Positions 15,096-29,669 of a DNA stretch of 64,000 bases are shown one piece after another. Both the position numbers and the translations under genes were made by a program. Positions within the stretch are counted from its first letter, which is position 1. Each line of letters begins with the position of its first letter. The notes beneath the pieces are model-generated. The model worked only from the letters and a program-made list of their open reading frames with translations, did not search any database and was not told where the DNA came from. This DNA is from the human T2T-CHM13v2.0 reference genome, Homo sapiens. The stretch lies in the NCBI RefSeq assembly GCF_009914755.1, contig NC_060928.1. One strand, written 5' to 3'.

Positions 15096-18000
15096 TTAAT
15101 ACACAATCAAGTCATCTGCAAACAGAGAAAATTTAACTTCCTGTTGTCCTATTTGAATATCCTTTATTTCTTTCTCTTGCCTGATTGCCCAGGCCAGAAC
15201 TTCCAATACTACAATACTACATTGAATAGGGATGGTGAGAGAGGGCATCCTTGTCTTGTGCCGGTTTTCAAAGGGAATGCTTCCAGTTTTTGCCCATCCA
15301 GTATGATATTAGCTGTGGGTTTGTCATAAATAACTATTATTATTTTGAGATATGTTCCATCAATACCCAGTTTATTGACAGTTTTTGGCATGAAGGGGTA
15401 TTGAATTTCTTTGAAGGCCTTTTCTGCATCTATGAGATAATCATGTGGTTTTTGTCATACGTTCTGTTTAGGTGATGGATTACATTTATTGATTTGCATA
15501 TGTTGAACCAGCCTTGCATCCCAGGGAAAAAGCCAACTTGATCGTGGTGGATAAGTTTTTGATGTGCTGCTGGATTCGGTTTGCCAGTATTTTATTGAGG
15601 ATTTTCGCATCGATGTTCATCAGGGTTATTGGCTTGAGATTTTCTTTTTTTGTTGTGTCTCTGCCCGGTTTTGGCATCAGGAGGATGCTGACCTCATAAA
15701 ATGAGTTAGGGAGGATTCCTTCTTTTTCTATTGTTTGGAATAGTTTCAGAAGGAACAGTACCAGCTCCCTTTTGTAACTCTGGTAGAATTCGGCTGTGAA
15801 TCCATCTGGTCCTGGACTTTTTTTGGTTGGTAGGCTATTAATTGCTGCCTGAATTTCAGAACTTGTTATTGGTCTATTAAGAAATTTGACTTCCTCCTGG
15901 TTTAGTCTTGGGAGGGTGTATGTGTCCAGGAATTTATCCATTTCTTCTAGATTTTCTAGTTTATTTGTGTAGAGTTGTTTATAGTATTCTCTGATGGTAG
16001 TTTGTATTTCTGTGAGATCAGTGGTGATATCCCGTTTATCATTTTTTATTGCATCTATTTGATTCTTCTCTCTTTTCTTCTTTATTAGTCTGGCTAGCGG
16101 TCCATCTGTTCTGTTAATCAAAAAACCAGCTCCTGGATTCATTGATTTTTTGAAGGGTTTTTGGTGTCTCTACCTCCTTCAGTTCTGCATTGATCTTAGT
16201 TATTTCTTGTCTTCTGCTAGCCTTTGAAATTTTTTGCCTTGCTTCCATAGTTCTTTTAGTTGTGATGTTAAAGTGTCGATTTTAGATCTTTCCTGCTTTC
16301 TCTAATAGGCCTTTAGTGCTATAAATGTCCCTCTAAACACTGCTTTAGCTATGTCCCAGAGATTCTTATGTTGTGTCTTTGTTCTCATTCATTTCAAAAA
16401 ATTTATTTATTTCTGTCTTAATTTTGTAATTTAGACAGTAGATATTCAGGAGCAGGTTGATAAGTTTCCATGTAGTTGTGCAGTTTTGAGTGAGTTTCTT
16501 AATCCTCAGTTCTAATTTGATTGCACTGTGGTCTAGGACTGTTTGTTTAGATCTCCATGCTTGTGCATTTTCTGAGGAGTGTTTTACTTCCAATTATGTG
16601 GTCAATTTTAGAATAAGTGCGATGTGGTGCTGAAAAGAATGTATATTCTGTTGATTTGGGGTGGCAAATTCTGTAGATGTCTATTAGGTCCGCTTGGTCC
16701 AGAGCTGAGTTCAAGTCCTGAATATACTTGTTAATTTTCTGTCTCATTGATCTATTATTGACAATGGGGTGTCAAAGTCTCCCAATATTATTGTGTAAGA
16801 GTCTAAGTCTCTTTGTAGGTCTCTAACAACTTGCTTTCTGAATCTGGGTGCATATACATTTAGGATAGTTAGCTCTTCTTGTTGAATTGATCCCTTTACC
16901 ATTATGCAATGCCCTTCTTTGTCTCTTTTGATCTTTGTTGGTTTAAAGTCTGTTTTATCAGAGACTAGGATTGCAACCCCTGCTTTTTTTTTTTTTTCTT
17001 TCCATTTGCTTGGTAAATCTTCCTCCATCTCTTTATTTTGAACCTATGTGTGTCTTTGCACATGAGATGGGTCTCCTGAATACAGCACCACTGATGGGTC
17101 TTGACTCATCATCCAATTTGCCAGTCTGTGTCTTTTAATTGGGGCATTTAGCCCTTTACATTTAAGGTTAATATTGTTATGTGTGAATTTTATCCTGTCA
17201 TGTTGATGCTAACTGGTTATTTTGTCCCTTAGTTGATGCAGTTTCTTTATAGTGTCGATGGTCTTTACAATTTGGTATGTTTTTGCAGTGACTGGTCCCA
17301 GTTGTTCCTTTCCATGTTTAGTGCTTCCTTCAGGAGCTCTTGTAAGGCAGGCCTGGTGGTGACAAAATCTCTCAGCATTTGCTTGTCTGTAAAGGATTTT
17401 ATTTCTCCTTTGCTTATGAAGCTTAGTTTGGCTGGATATGAGATTCTGGGTTGAAAATTCTTTTAACAATGTTGAATATTGGTCCCCACTCTCTTCTGGC
17501 TTGTAGAGTTTCTCCTGAGAGATCCACTTAGTTAGTCAGATGGGCTTCCCCTTTGTGGGTAACCTGACCTTTCTCTCTGGCTGCCCTTAACATTTTTTCC
17601 TTCATTTCAACCTTGGTGAATCTGACGATTATGTGTCTTGGGGTTGCTCTTCTCAGGGAGCAGCTTTGTGGTGTTCTCTGTATTTCCTGAATCTGAATGT
17701 TGCCCTGTCTTGCTAGGTTGGCGAAGTTCTCCTGGATAACATCCTGAGGAGTGTTCCATTCTTGGTTCCATTCTCCCCGTCACTTTCAGGTACACCAATC
17801 AAATGTAGATTTGGTCTTTTCACATAGTCCCATATTTCTTGTAGGTTTGTTCATTTCTTTTCATTCTTTTTTCCCTAATCTTGCCTTCTTGCTTTATTTC
17901 ATTACGTTGATCTTCAATCTCTGATATCCTTTCTTCCACTTGATCAATTTGGCTATTGATACTTGTATATGCTCCACGAAGTTCTTGTGCTGTTTTTCAG

Positions 18001-18972
18001 CTCCGTCAGGTCATTTATGCTCTTCTCTAAACTGGTTATTCTAGTTAGCAATTCGTCTAACCTTTTTTCAAGGTTCTTAGCTTCCTTGCATTGGGTTAGA
18101 ACATGATCCTTTAGCTTGGAGAAGTTTTTTATTACCCACCTTCTGAAGCCTATTTCTGTCCATTCATCAAACTCATTCTCTGTCCAGTTTTGTTCCCTTG
18201 CTAGTGAGGAGTTGTGATCCTTTGTAGGAGAAGAGGCATTCTGATTTTTGGAATTTTTAGCTTTTTATGCTGATTTCTCCCCATCTTCGTGGATTTATCT
18301 ACCTTTGGTCTTTGAAGTCAGTGACCTTCGGATGGGGCCTCTGAGTGGACGTCCTTTTTGTTGATGTTGATACTATTCCTTTCTGTTTGTTAGTTTTCCT
18401 TCTAACAGGCCCCTCTGCTGCAGGTCTGCTGGAGTTTGCTGGAGGTCCACTCCAGACCCTGTTTGCCTGGGTATCATCAGTGGAGGCTGAAGACCAGCAA
18501 AGATTGCTGCCTTTTCCTTCCTCTGGAAGCTTTGTCCCAGATGCCAGCCAGAGGTCTCCTGTATGAGGTGTCTTTCGGCCCCTACTGGGAGGTGTCTCCC
18601 AGTCAGAATACACCGGGGTCAGGGACCCACTTGAGGAGGCAGTCTGACCCATATTAGAACTCGAACACTGTGCTGGGAGATCTGCTGCTCTCTTCAGAGC
18701 TGTCTGACAGGGATGTTTAAGTCTGCTGAAGCTGCACCCACAGCCGCCCCTTCCCCCAGGTGCTCTGTCCCAGGGAGCTGGAGGTTTTATCTGTAAGTTC
18801 CTGACTGGGACTCCTGCCTTTCTCTCAGAGATGCCCTGCCCAGAGAGGAGGAATCTAGAGAGGTAGTCTGGCAGCAGCAGCCTTGCTGAGCTGTGGTGAG
18901 CTCCACCCAGTTTGAACTTCCTGGTGGCTTTGTTTACACTGTGAGGGTAAAACCACCTACTCAAGCCTCACA

Positions 18973-19191
18973 ATGGCGGACACCCTTCCCTTCACCAAGC
19001 TCGAGTGTCCCAGGTCGACCTCAGACTGCTGTGCTGGCAGTAAGAATTTCAAGCCAGTGGATGTTAGCTTGCTGAGCTCCATGGGAGTGGGACCTGCCGA
19101 GCCAGACCACTTGGCTCCCTGGCTTCAGCCCCCTTTCCAGGGGAGTAAATGGTTCTCTTTCACTGGCATTCCAGGTGCCAGTGGGGTATGA
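18973..19191 (+). CDS. L1 ORF0-homologous antisense ORF (72 aa) in the L1 5' UTR
   Basis: MADTLPFTKLECPRSTSDCCAGS...MGVGPAEP aligns with human ORF0 (MAGAPPPASLPPCSLISDCCAS...VGVGPSEP); Kozak context ACAATGG. Expression unknown. Confidence 0.55.
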   Translation: MADTLPFTKLECPRSTSDCCAGSKNFKPVDVSLLSSMGVGPAEPDHLAPWLQPPFQGSKWFSFTGIPGASGV

Positions 19192-19585
19192 AAAAAACTC
19201 TTGCAGCTAGCTAATTGTCTGCCCAAATGGCTGCCCAGTTTTGTGCTTGAAACCCAGTGCCCTGGTGGCATATGTACTGGAGGGAGTCTCCTGGTCTGCG
19301 AGTTGCGAAGACCATTGGAAAAACGCAGTGTCTGAGCCAGAGTCCACCATTCCTCATGGCACAGGCCCTCACGGCTTCCCTTGGCTACGGTAGGGAAATC
19401 CCCTGACTCCTTGGGTTTCCCAGGTGAGGTGATGCCCACCCTGCTTCGGCTCACCCTCTGTGGGCTGCACCCACTGTCCATCCAGTCCCAATGAGATGAA
19501 CCATGTACCTCAGCTGGAAATGCAGAAATCACCCACCTTCTGCATTGATCTCACTGGGAGCTGCAGACTGGAGCTGTTCCTATTC

Positions 19586-19595
19586 GGCCATCTTG
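19586..19595 (-). promoter_or_regulatory. Intact YY1 site at the L1 5' end
   Basis: CAAGATGGCC on the minus strand at the canonical position of the L1 internal promoter. Confidence 0.75.
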
Positions 19596-20684
19596 CCAGC
19601 AAAACCTCAAGTTTGTTTTTAACATGTTCTCCAGGTTAAGCAATAGCTGTTATGTGTTAACTATTTTTGGCAGAAAGACACTACACAAATCAGATTACAT
19701 TAACATAATCAGATCCTATTTAGAGAACAATAATAGATTAAGATACTTCTAATAATACTAATAATTTTCATATATTTCATGAAATTAAAGTTTTTAGGAA
19801 TTTTATTCTCTTAAAAGTGACATATTTGACACGTTAATGAACACTTGTAAATTTAGTTTAAAAGTTTAACATAGAAAATCAAATTTTTGTTTTTGCAGTG
19901 GTAATAGTATAAATTTTGTGAAGAATGGTGTTTTGGTAAAAACAATGTCTTTATAAAATCAAGAAATCTTTAGGGCAGAAATATTCCTAAAATTGGTTGT
20001 AGTGCATACATAATTCCTAATTGCATACAAACAAGCTGTAATGTTCTATAACTTGAAATAGAAGCTGGAGTTGTTAAATTTCAAACCCACATACACATAT
20101 TTGTAAACAGAGTTAGAATAACTACTACAAAGTTGAGGGCATGAAGATGAGATTGAAAATGCAGCAATACTTCAGCATGGCAATAAGCATTTTCTCTCTT
20201 TCTTGCCCATCATCAATCTGAAAAATATTTCAGAAATATCTTTCCTTTAAAGAACTATTGTGTAATTCAACTGAAGAGTCCTACAATGATATTGAACCTT
20301 TCATGAGTCCTTTAGATTTGGGGTTCATTTTCTTTCAGAATCAATATAAAACCCTTAATAAAAATATATGATAAACATCATTGCTAAAAGATTCCATCTT
20401 TTAAATATTTTATTAAATCACAATTCTTGGAAACAGAAAGACACTGACATTTATCCCCATAAAAGCAATAGAAGAAGTGAGCAAATGAAACAATAGTAGT
20501 TTTAACGGCATGTAAGCTGTAATTCTGAAATTCTGTAATTTCACATTGAAGTATGTTGACTGGTAGAAGCACTATGTTATTGGAGTTCTAATATTTAATT
20601 GGACAAATTATGTTCTGGATGCAATGCAACTGACAGTGCCAATGATTTTGCAGGACCTGAAGTTGGTAAAACATTCAACAAATT

Positions 20685-20687
<3 letters not shown>

Positions 20688-20733
<46 letters not shown>
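20688..20733. repeat. (AT)n microsatellite
   Basis: Pure AT dinucleotide run of ~23 units. Confidence 0.97.
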
Positions 20734-20737
<4 letters not shown>

Positions 20738-21155
20738 ATATACTTTTTTCATGCAAAAATATTTGTTGAAGAATATACCTTAACAGGACACCAAAAGTGA
20801 ATATCTCTGAAAACATTTGGGGTGAAATATATATATATATATCAACACACACAAAATATTTACAGTTAAGAATATCTTCACTTAGCAGAATTTGCTCTGA
20901 ACTTACTGCACATATAAAAATTTTTTTTTTGGCTTCTTGGCTAAAAATAATATAATCTAAAGAAAAGATTTAATTAAAGGTGTCACAATTTTAAAATTGT
21001 TAGCCATCAAATGCAACTTAGAATAATACTGTACATAATTTTATGAAAAAAATGAAAATGAGACCATATCTGGGAAACATACCAATGACATTGTATTAAA
21101 GGGCTACAGGTAAGTAATTCATGAAATTATGCGATTTAAAAATGGGAATTTATAC

Positions 21156-21672
21156 TGTCAAGGCTCAGAATGTGATATCTCAAAATACAGCACATTGACA
21201 GAAGTCACAGAAGCAAGAAGTTCACTCTGACCTTCCCTCACCTTTCTGTGTGAAGCCTGGCCATAAAGGAATTCTCTGACCTACCTCTCCTGAAAGTCAG
21301 TCAAAAGGTTATCATTCTAGAGGGTTGCTGCCCTGTACCAGGGGAGGGGAGTGCTACAAAGCAAGGCCAAGGAGGATCTGAACAAACAGGCCTTGCTGAG
21401 TTCTCCCCAGGTTATTGTCATGATTAGATCATAGCCCCCTTTGTCTAATCATGCTTCCTCATGACTATCCACTTCTTTCCTCAGACTAACAATAAAAATG
21501 CAGTTTTCCCTGGGTCTTTGGATCTTCATTTCTGAAGGCTTCCATGTCACATAAAACTTTGATTACATGACTGTGTTATGCTTTCCTCCTGTTAATCTTT
21601 CTTTTGTTATAGGGGTGTATGCCATAAACCTTGTGATGAGTGGGGAAAACATATCCCCTTTTCTCCCTTATA
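21156..21672 (+). mobile_element. ERV1 solo LTR (MER31/MER39/MER34-group-like)
   Basis: Starts TGTCAAGGCTCAGAA; contains GATCTGAACAAACAGGCCTTGCTG and CTTCATTTCTGAAGGCT; 4-bp TSD ATAC at 21152 and 21673. Confidence 0.85.
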
Positions 21673-22429
21673 ATACCAAAAATAATTATTCTGTTTATAT
21701 AATTGTTAATGTTTAAATATTCAATGAAAACATCTTTCTATATTACATTAAGGCCTATAGATGTATGTTATTTAAAAAAATTGTATTTTTGTAATGTTTT
21801 TGGATGTGACTGACTATTGTACAGGTTCACCAATATAATAAAACTAGTTTGTTGAAAAATAAATACATAATTTTAGTTCCTTTTGGTTCTCCTTTTACAC
21901 TCACAATGATCTCAATTTAGATGATATATTTTTGATTAGTCTTTTTATGACCTGTTACTATCTATATATTTTCTAGAAATTGCTGTAGGATAAAAAAAAC
22001 TAAAGCCTTTTGCTTCTTGATAATACCCTTGCTAGTCTACTCTGCTTTGTAAACTAGTCTAGTTTAAATGATCTTAGTTCAATAAGAATTTCTAGAAAGC
22101 TTGCACTAGTGTTAGGCATGTGGATAATCATTGTTCTCAGGAATTGTTCTTTTGTTTTTCTGGTGAGTTAAAAATTTTGACGTTTGTCTGCAACATGTTG
22201 CTTTTTTTCCTGTGTTCCTATGGGACCTAGTCATCTGTATGACTCACAGAAGAACTAAAGAGATAAACATGCATGTGCTAAAAAAAAAAAAAAAAAAAAA
22301 AGTAATGCTTCTGAAGCAAAGTGAGACCAGCGCAAGTAAGAAGTGCAACATAGCTTTAATAACAAAAATAAATGGTGCAGACAAATTCACGCTGGCAGAA
22401 GGGAAATGAAAGCACTGAAGATGACTTAG

Positions 22430-22880
22430 TTTTCTGGGAAAACTTTGAAGGTGGCTCTAGGACTGGTTGCCTAGAAAGATAAGCTAAAGTTTCAGCAGAC
22501 AAGGAGAAAATAAATGGGAGGGAAGGGTTGATGGTATGAACTAAGTCAGGAATATGGCTTTTTTGGGGTGGTAAGCAGTTTGGTCAATAAGGTGGAGATA
22601 CGTTGTAAGCAGCATAGGATATAAGCATGAAGATTTGAACTTCAGCTAAGGGTCTAGACAGTTATAATTGAGAGATTATAGAACAGATTTGAGTAGGAGG
22701 GCCATACAATGCTAGATGAATTGAAGAATGGGGATATTTATATCTGAGACAATTCTGAGACATATCAAGTAGTCTAGACTTAGAAGGACCTGGACTAGCA
22801 GAATGAATGCTGGAATGAAAAAAAAAGGGACAAATCCAGAAATATTTTGAAAAAAGAGTTGAGAAGAATTGGTAAATTAT
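22430..22880 (-). mobile_element. L2 remnant
   Basis: Purine-rich degenerate L2-like sequence. Confidence 0.45.
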
Positions 22881-23569
22881 TTTCTAAAAGAAGCATGAGG
22901 TTTTTTAAAAAATGTAATTCTTTGTGGCTGTTTAATGCAGAGATTCTGTGCTAGCTAGCCTGGGATCTAAAATTAAACAAGTATTTTCCCTACATAAAAC
23001 CTGAAATAATATAATGTATTGATGTAATCATGTAGTTACAAGATGCATACTAGGAGGGAAGCTCACTTAAAAAAAGTCATAACAAACACACAAAATAAAA
23101 TGTATAGATAGGGAGGCTTTTATAATTCTATAATATTAGTAGTCAATCCATATGACATGAAGATTACCAGGATGCCCCTGAAATGGGTTGCACAAGATGT
23201 GAGATGTCTAAAGCTCTCATCATTAGTCATACACGATGAGTTGACAGGCCTTGTTAAAATGCAAACAAGGTGATACATGAAGCCATGAGGATTCATTAGC
23301 ATCTTGAACCAACTTAATTGATCAAATTATCTAACCTATTCTAAAGCACAAGGAAAAGGGAGATGCAAGCAAGAACACCAGAGAGATTTTTCTGTGTATG
23401 GGAAGGGAAATTATTGAAGAAGTCAGAAAGAGGCATTCATCACATGGGTTGTGTGTAGTTTCTTTGTGTTGTTGCCCAGTTTGGGCTTGCATTGTAGATC
23501 CTTCTTCCTTCTAGTTAACTAATACACACTCACTTTGTCTTCTGGGAAGGTATATAAAATAGGATAAAG

Positions 23570-23730
23570 AAGATTGAATTGGGAATCAGAAGTCAATGCC
23601 AATTCTAGCTCAGGCACTAAATTGCTGAATGACTTTACTTACCCTCTTCATCTCAGCTTTTACTTTTGTAAAATGAGGGCCTTAGACTAGATAAGTAATA
23701 CCTACTCCAGCTACTCCATTCTATAAGATA
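23570..23730 (+). mobile_element. MIR remnant
   Basis: GGGAATCAGAAG..TTCTAGCTC..TCTCAGCTTT..TGTAAAATGAGGG..GACTAGAT. Confidence 0.65.
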
Positions 23731-24237
23731 GTTACTCACATTTTTATCCTCACAGTCTTTTTTTGTTATTGGTATTTTTCTTTTAGTACAGGAGAATTTT
23801 ATTTTTAAAAAACACTTTTATCAAGAAAATCACCTATTTGAGATCAAAAAGCTGGTGATGTTTTAAAGATGCATGTTTTCAGGCTCTTTTACAGATTAGC
23901 CGTGTTTCTTGGTTTATAGTGAAAATCTATAGAACCTACACATGCATAAGACAACATCAGTTTTCATTATAATCATATTTCACACATTACAAAGTCCCGA
24001 TATTTCTTCTGTTAGTCATATAATTACATGAGAGACGTTTCTTCCAGAATAACTACATTATCATTGAAATTGTACTAAATTTACTATTAAATTTACAAAT
24101 ATTTTAGTCTTTAATATACATGTTGTCAAAATTCAGAGAGATTAAATTGATAAATATCTTCCTATTGCATCTTTTCATTTTTGTGAATTATAAGCAACTG
24201 TCAAGCCTCTGGAGTTTTATAAAATTATCATCCTGCT

Positions 24238-24348
24238 GGAGAATGTCGTGAACCCGGGAGACGGAGCTTGCAGTGAGCCAAGATCGCACCACTGCACTCC
24301 AGCCTGGATGACAGAGCAAGACTCCGTCTCAAAAATAAATAAATAAAT
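24238..24348 (+). mobile_element. 5'-truncated AluY-like element with (TAAA)n tail
   Basis: GGAGAATGTCGTGAACCCGGGAGACGGAGCTTGCAGTGAG (AluY diagnostics); TSD AAAT(T/A)ATCAT(C/G)CTGCT on both sides. Confidence 0.9.
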
Positions 24349-24675
24349 AAATAATCATGCTGCTATCAAATATAAAGTTACATTTCTGATACCTCTGCCT
24401 TTTCTTGTATAGAGAATCACTTATAGGAATACTATTTAGGATATCAAATATTCTTGCCAGTAAGATGAAGCTGCAGTAATATGCAGAGGAAAAGTGGAAC
24501 TAGGATTGCTTGGAACAATGTGACATACCAGGATATCTGATATCTGGCATATGCTTATGGAGTACCTCAAAAGTCTTCATTTTGAAAACTGCACCTTAAC
24601 TTTTAAATATATTTTTATTAGTAGAGCCTTTATTGACTAGCATTATTTAATAATAAGGGAGGAAAAGATGAAGTG

Positions 24676-24762
24676 AGGAAAGGAAGGAAAGGAGGGAGGG
24701 AGGGAGGGAGGGAGGGAGGGAGGAAGGAAGGAAGGAAGGAAGGAAGGAAGGAAGGAAGGAAA
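24676..24762 (+). repeat. Polypurine tract with (GGGA)7 followed by (GGAA)10
   Basis: Read directly from sequence. Confidence 0.95.
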
Positions 24763-26049
24763 GATAACTCATGAGTCAGGATTCTCAGAGAAGACAGGGT
24801 AACACTAGCTGTATTAATCAGAAAGATATTTACTAAGACACATAGACAACTCAAAATTGTTGCGATTGCAGAAGAAACAGATTGCAAGAGGTGTTCCATG
24901 AATACTCCTTGTATTACCCCATAACTCACTTGCCAAAATCAGGAAACTGAATCAGAAAGCCACCCCACAGCTGCTGACTTCAGAACCTGGCCCCATACCA
25001 GGCGGTATACCAGTAGGATGAATGCTCTGTGCTTGCCCTTTATCCCTACATAACCAAGCTCTAAAGCAAAGTTTTCTGTGGGGGTGAGGAAGGCTGAATA
25101 GTGTTTGGTGTAATATTATCATTATTACATTGAAAATACGTGTTCTACAATGTGGAAAATTAGCAAAATATGCAGACTTCTCCAAAAAAATCAGGAGACA
25201 CGCAAATTTAAAAATATCTAATATGAAATCTGTTTAACAATCCCAAATCTTGGAAGTTTAAGGGTTTATTCCAGAAAGATCTTGCAATCTTGAAGACAGC
25301 AGATTTAAACTAGCACATTTGTTCAAAACTGTTAGCAAATCTATTTAGAATTTTGTTTCTTTAAGGTTTCTCTTTTTCCTTCCCCTGACTTGTTTCCAAG
25401 TCATAAAAGAGAGGGAAGAGAGAGAATTTTTAATTGTTCAACCTATTAGAATAAAGTTAAGAATTACTTCTGAGGTGTAAGACAGTCATACCTTATCACA
25501 GTTTTATTGGCCTTTCTTTTCTTGATTATTTACATAGAAAAATCTGGAGACAATATCATTTTGTGTCCCTCTCCACTGTTTTGGAAGTATTTGTTTCTGA
25601 TAGCCTATTTCCTAAACCGAAAATTGTTGTTGTTGTTGTTATTTTCATTAAGAAAAATTATTCTTATCAGCATATTACTGAAAATTATTTACTTTACATA
25701 ATTTGTACTTGAGTAACAAAAAACAAAAATAAACAAAAATAAAACCCAGAGTTCTTCATTCCAGAAGGAAAAGTATCTATCAATACTTTTTTAAAAAATA
25801 TATGTTTTCTTTACATTGATGCTAGCTGTTTTCAGGATTCCTGATGAATTGTGCAAGGGAATTATTATCAAAATCTTGAAGAAACTAGGAAGAAACTAGA
25901 AGAAACTAGGAAAGGCTGGATTGTTTGGATATTTTTATAATAAAAATTTTAAACCAGATTTATGACAATCTAAGTGAAGCTATTTGAAATATTTCTTGTT
26001 TCCTAAAATAATGAGGAATTAAACTCATTTTCTTTGGCAGAAATTGGCA

Positions 26050-26660
<611 letters not shown>

Positions 26661-28637
26661 ATCTGTGAACATACTGTGCTTTGGGAGAAAGTAGTCAATA
26701 TAAAAATGTGATCTACATATTCAAGCTGCTTCATATTGGTGCAAAAGTATACTGCCAACTCAAAAGCATTTTACAAATATATTATTATTAATTAAACAAT
26801 AAAAATATTAATAGTTACACAGAATTCCGTGTTTCAATTGTGTTTGTGCTTGGGATGGAAGTTGGGGAAAGGAATGAATAGGAAAGAAAAATCCTCTTAA
26901 ATTTGAATATTGTGAGAAGTCCATGTTATAGGACCAGAGAAGTTGGGCTTTCAACTATTCTAATAGTTGCACTGATTAAAAAAATTATAGATACATAAGA
27001 AGATGTAATACACAAGTCATAAACAATTTAAGAGATGTAACAAACCTGAATCTTGACCTTGCATTGTTTCTGTTTTTTTCCTTAATGCACTTTTATTTAA
27101 TTTGGCTTAGCTATTTTAAAGATCATATTACTGCAGTCAGAAGCAGTGTTTTAGAATTCAGCTGGGTCACAGGAACTTTCTCACCACTCCATTCTAATTT
27201 GCAGTTTTGCTATAATAAAAGCCCTAAATATATTGCTACTGTCTAGATGTTTTATCTGAAACAAGTGTCCTTTGTAGTCTCAGAGGACTCTTCTATTTTA
27301 TTTCCAGTAAATCAAAGTCTGTGAAGAGCTTCAGTTTTTATTAAGACATACCCTTCACAGTCCAGTGATTGCCAACTGTGGCAAGCCATTGACAGTTCAT
27401 TTACATATAAGTGATGACTTCCATCAGGTAGTTGGCTCAAAAACACAATGGACATTTAGAGCATATCCAATATTTCTTGTTCTTTGATGAGCACCAAGTG
27501 CCAATTTTTATATAGAAACTGACTACTGAAAAGTGAAGGCTTCTTTTCCATGACCTTACACTGTCTTCTACAGCTCTAGAGTGAAATATTGTCACTGAAC
27601 TTAATGTAGGATCACACCTCTAAAAGACATTCAGTAGCCTTACTTCAACTTGCTAAAAATCAAGGAGTCAAATGTAGAAAACCTGAAACAAGAACAATCA
27701 CATTTTATTAAATGAAAAGTGAACTTCCACATCCTGTCCCAAACTGTCATAATCAGAACAACTTTTATATTTGTATAAAGTAATTGTGATATTATTAATT
27801 TTCTCTTATAAATATATTTACTACTTGGAATAGTGATTACACAACACTCATTAAGAAATCTTATATTTAAGTTTGTAAGTGCCTTTCATTTTAACTCCAT
27901 GATTTTGCTCCTAATGTTTTTGGAATAGCAGTGGTTGAAATGTAGGCAAATTTTTATCCTAATTATGTTTTAAAAAAGGAGCAGGCTGATGACTTGTAAT
28001 CATGCTTATATTCAACTTGCATAATTTTTCCCTTTTTTAAAAAGTTGCGCATTTTCTATTTTTTCAGTATGTAAACAAAAAATACTTTTACCTTTAAAAT
28101 AAAATTCAATTATCAGTAAGGAGAATATGCATAATTAAATTTCACAGGTAAGCCAAATTCCACATTTTAGCTTTAGCTAGTAATCACTTCCTTGCCCTGC
28201 TCAAAGGTTTTTTTGTTACAATTTTCTGGTTAGCGCTTCATCATGATTTTTAGTCCACCTTGAGTTTGGTTTTGGTGAGGCCTGACTTAACATGATTCTT
28301 GTAATTGGCTTTTCTAAAGATTTAATAACTTCCATAGATATTCTTATAGTAAACTCAATTGCATAAAAATAACCTGAGAGTTTTTTGTTTGTTTTAAAAT
28401 CAAAGAGACTATTACAGAAGTAATGGATGCAGAATAAAAGCTGTGAAACAATGGGACACTTGTCATGTAGTTCCCAGCTCTTTTCATATCTAGCCTCTAT
28501 GCTATGTATAGACTCTATTCCTTCGATTATGGTTCCTCACTTGTTTCTCTAATTCCATTCAAAATAGAGGGATGGATAGATGGATGGATAAAATTAAATT
28601 AAAGATTCTTAAGAAAACTTTGCTTCAAATTCTTTCA

Positions 28638-29009
<372 letters not shown>

Positions 29010-29329
29010 TTACTTCAGAATGAGCAATGAGTAGGGAAAAATAATACCATGACTCTACCAAAAATTAACACAGTTTAAAACAACCATTTCCAAAAACTTT
29101 ACATAATAAAGGACATTATGGAAAACAAAGAAATTTTTTGACATATATGATTTCAATGAAACATCACACTGTTACCTTTTTAAAGAACAAAAAAGGTGAA
29201 TCCAACAGTATTGTATACCAGATTCATGAGTTTTAGAAATAAGAATTTTAAAGTTTCTTTATGGTTGTTATTGGTAATGGAACAACATAAATTATAGTCT
29301 AATGAAAGGAGTACTTGACACTCTGCAGG

Positions 29330-29335
29330 TTTACT
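29330..29335 (-). terminator. Candidate variant polyadenylation signal AGTAAA for the terminal exon
   Basis: No AATAAA/ATTAAA seen in the ~250 nt after the stop. AGTAAA is followed ~35 nt later by U/GU-rich sequence (TTTATGTTGTT on the minus strand). Confidence 0.45.
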
Positions 29336-29553
29336 TCATTATGATAAAAGAGATGTTTTTTATGAAGGAGATCAAATGAATGGTGTTCATCCAAAAATAC
29401 TAGAAATTATAGATAAACTTGTCAAAGTTCTTTCTATATTCAAAGATTTTTATCCTTTCTTCCTACTCATACAGAATTGATCCACCTCCAGTGTTAACTT
29501 GTCTCTTTGGGTAGAGAAGTTTAACTATTACAGGTAATAATATGTTGGAAACA

Positions 29554-29669
29554 TCATTCAACTTTACATGACTTATAATGTTGTCTCATTTTCCTTTCTC
29601 TTATGGATCGGGCCACCAACTTTCCAACAACCCGGATGTTAGCTCGTTTGAGTGCTGGATGTCCATTTA
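29554..29669 (-). CDS. IQCM: Terminal coding exon of IQ motif-containing protein M
   Basis: Minus strand: acceptor ..TGTTTTGTATTATAG|TA AAT GGA CAT CCA ... GTT GAA TGA gives [V]NGHPALKRANIRVVGKLVARSIRERKMRQHYKSCKVE*. Non-repeat and locally CpG-retaining. Peptide recognised from memory as the human IQCM C-terminus; phase-1 junction fits ...YI-V-NGH. Confidence 0.9.

Noticed and set aside
18299-18964. 221-aa minus-strand ORF
   Set aside because: Lies in the GC-rich L1 5' UTR where stops are rare; no recognisable domain
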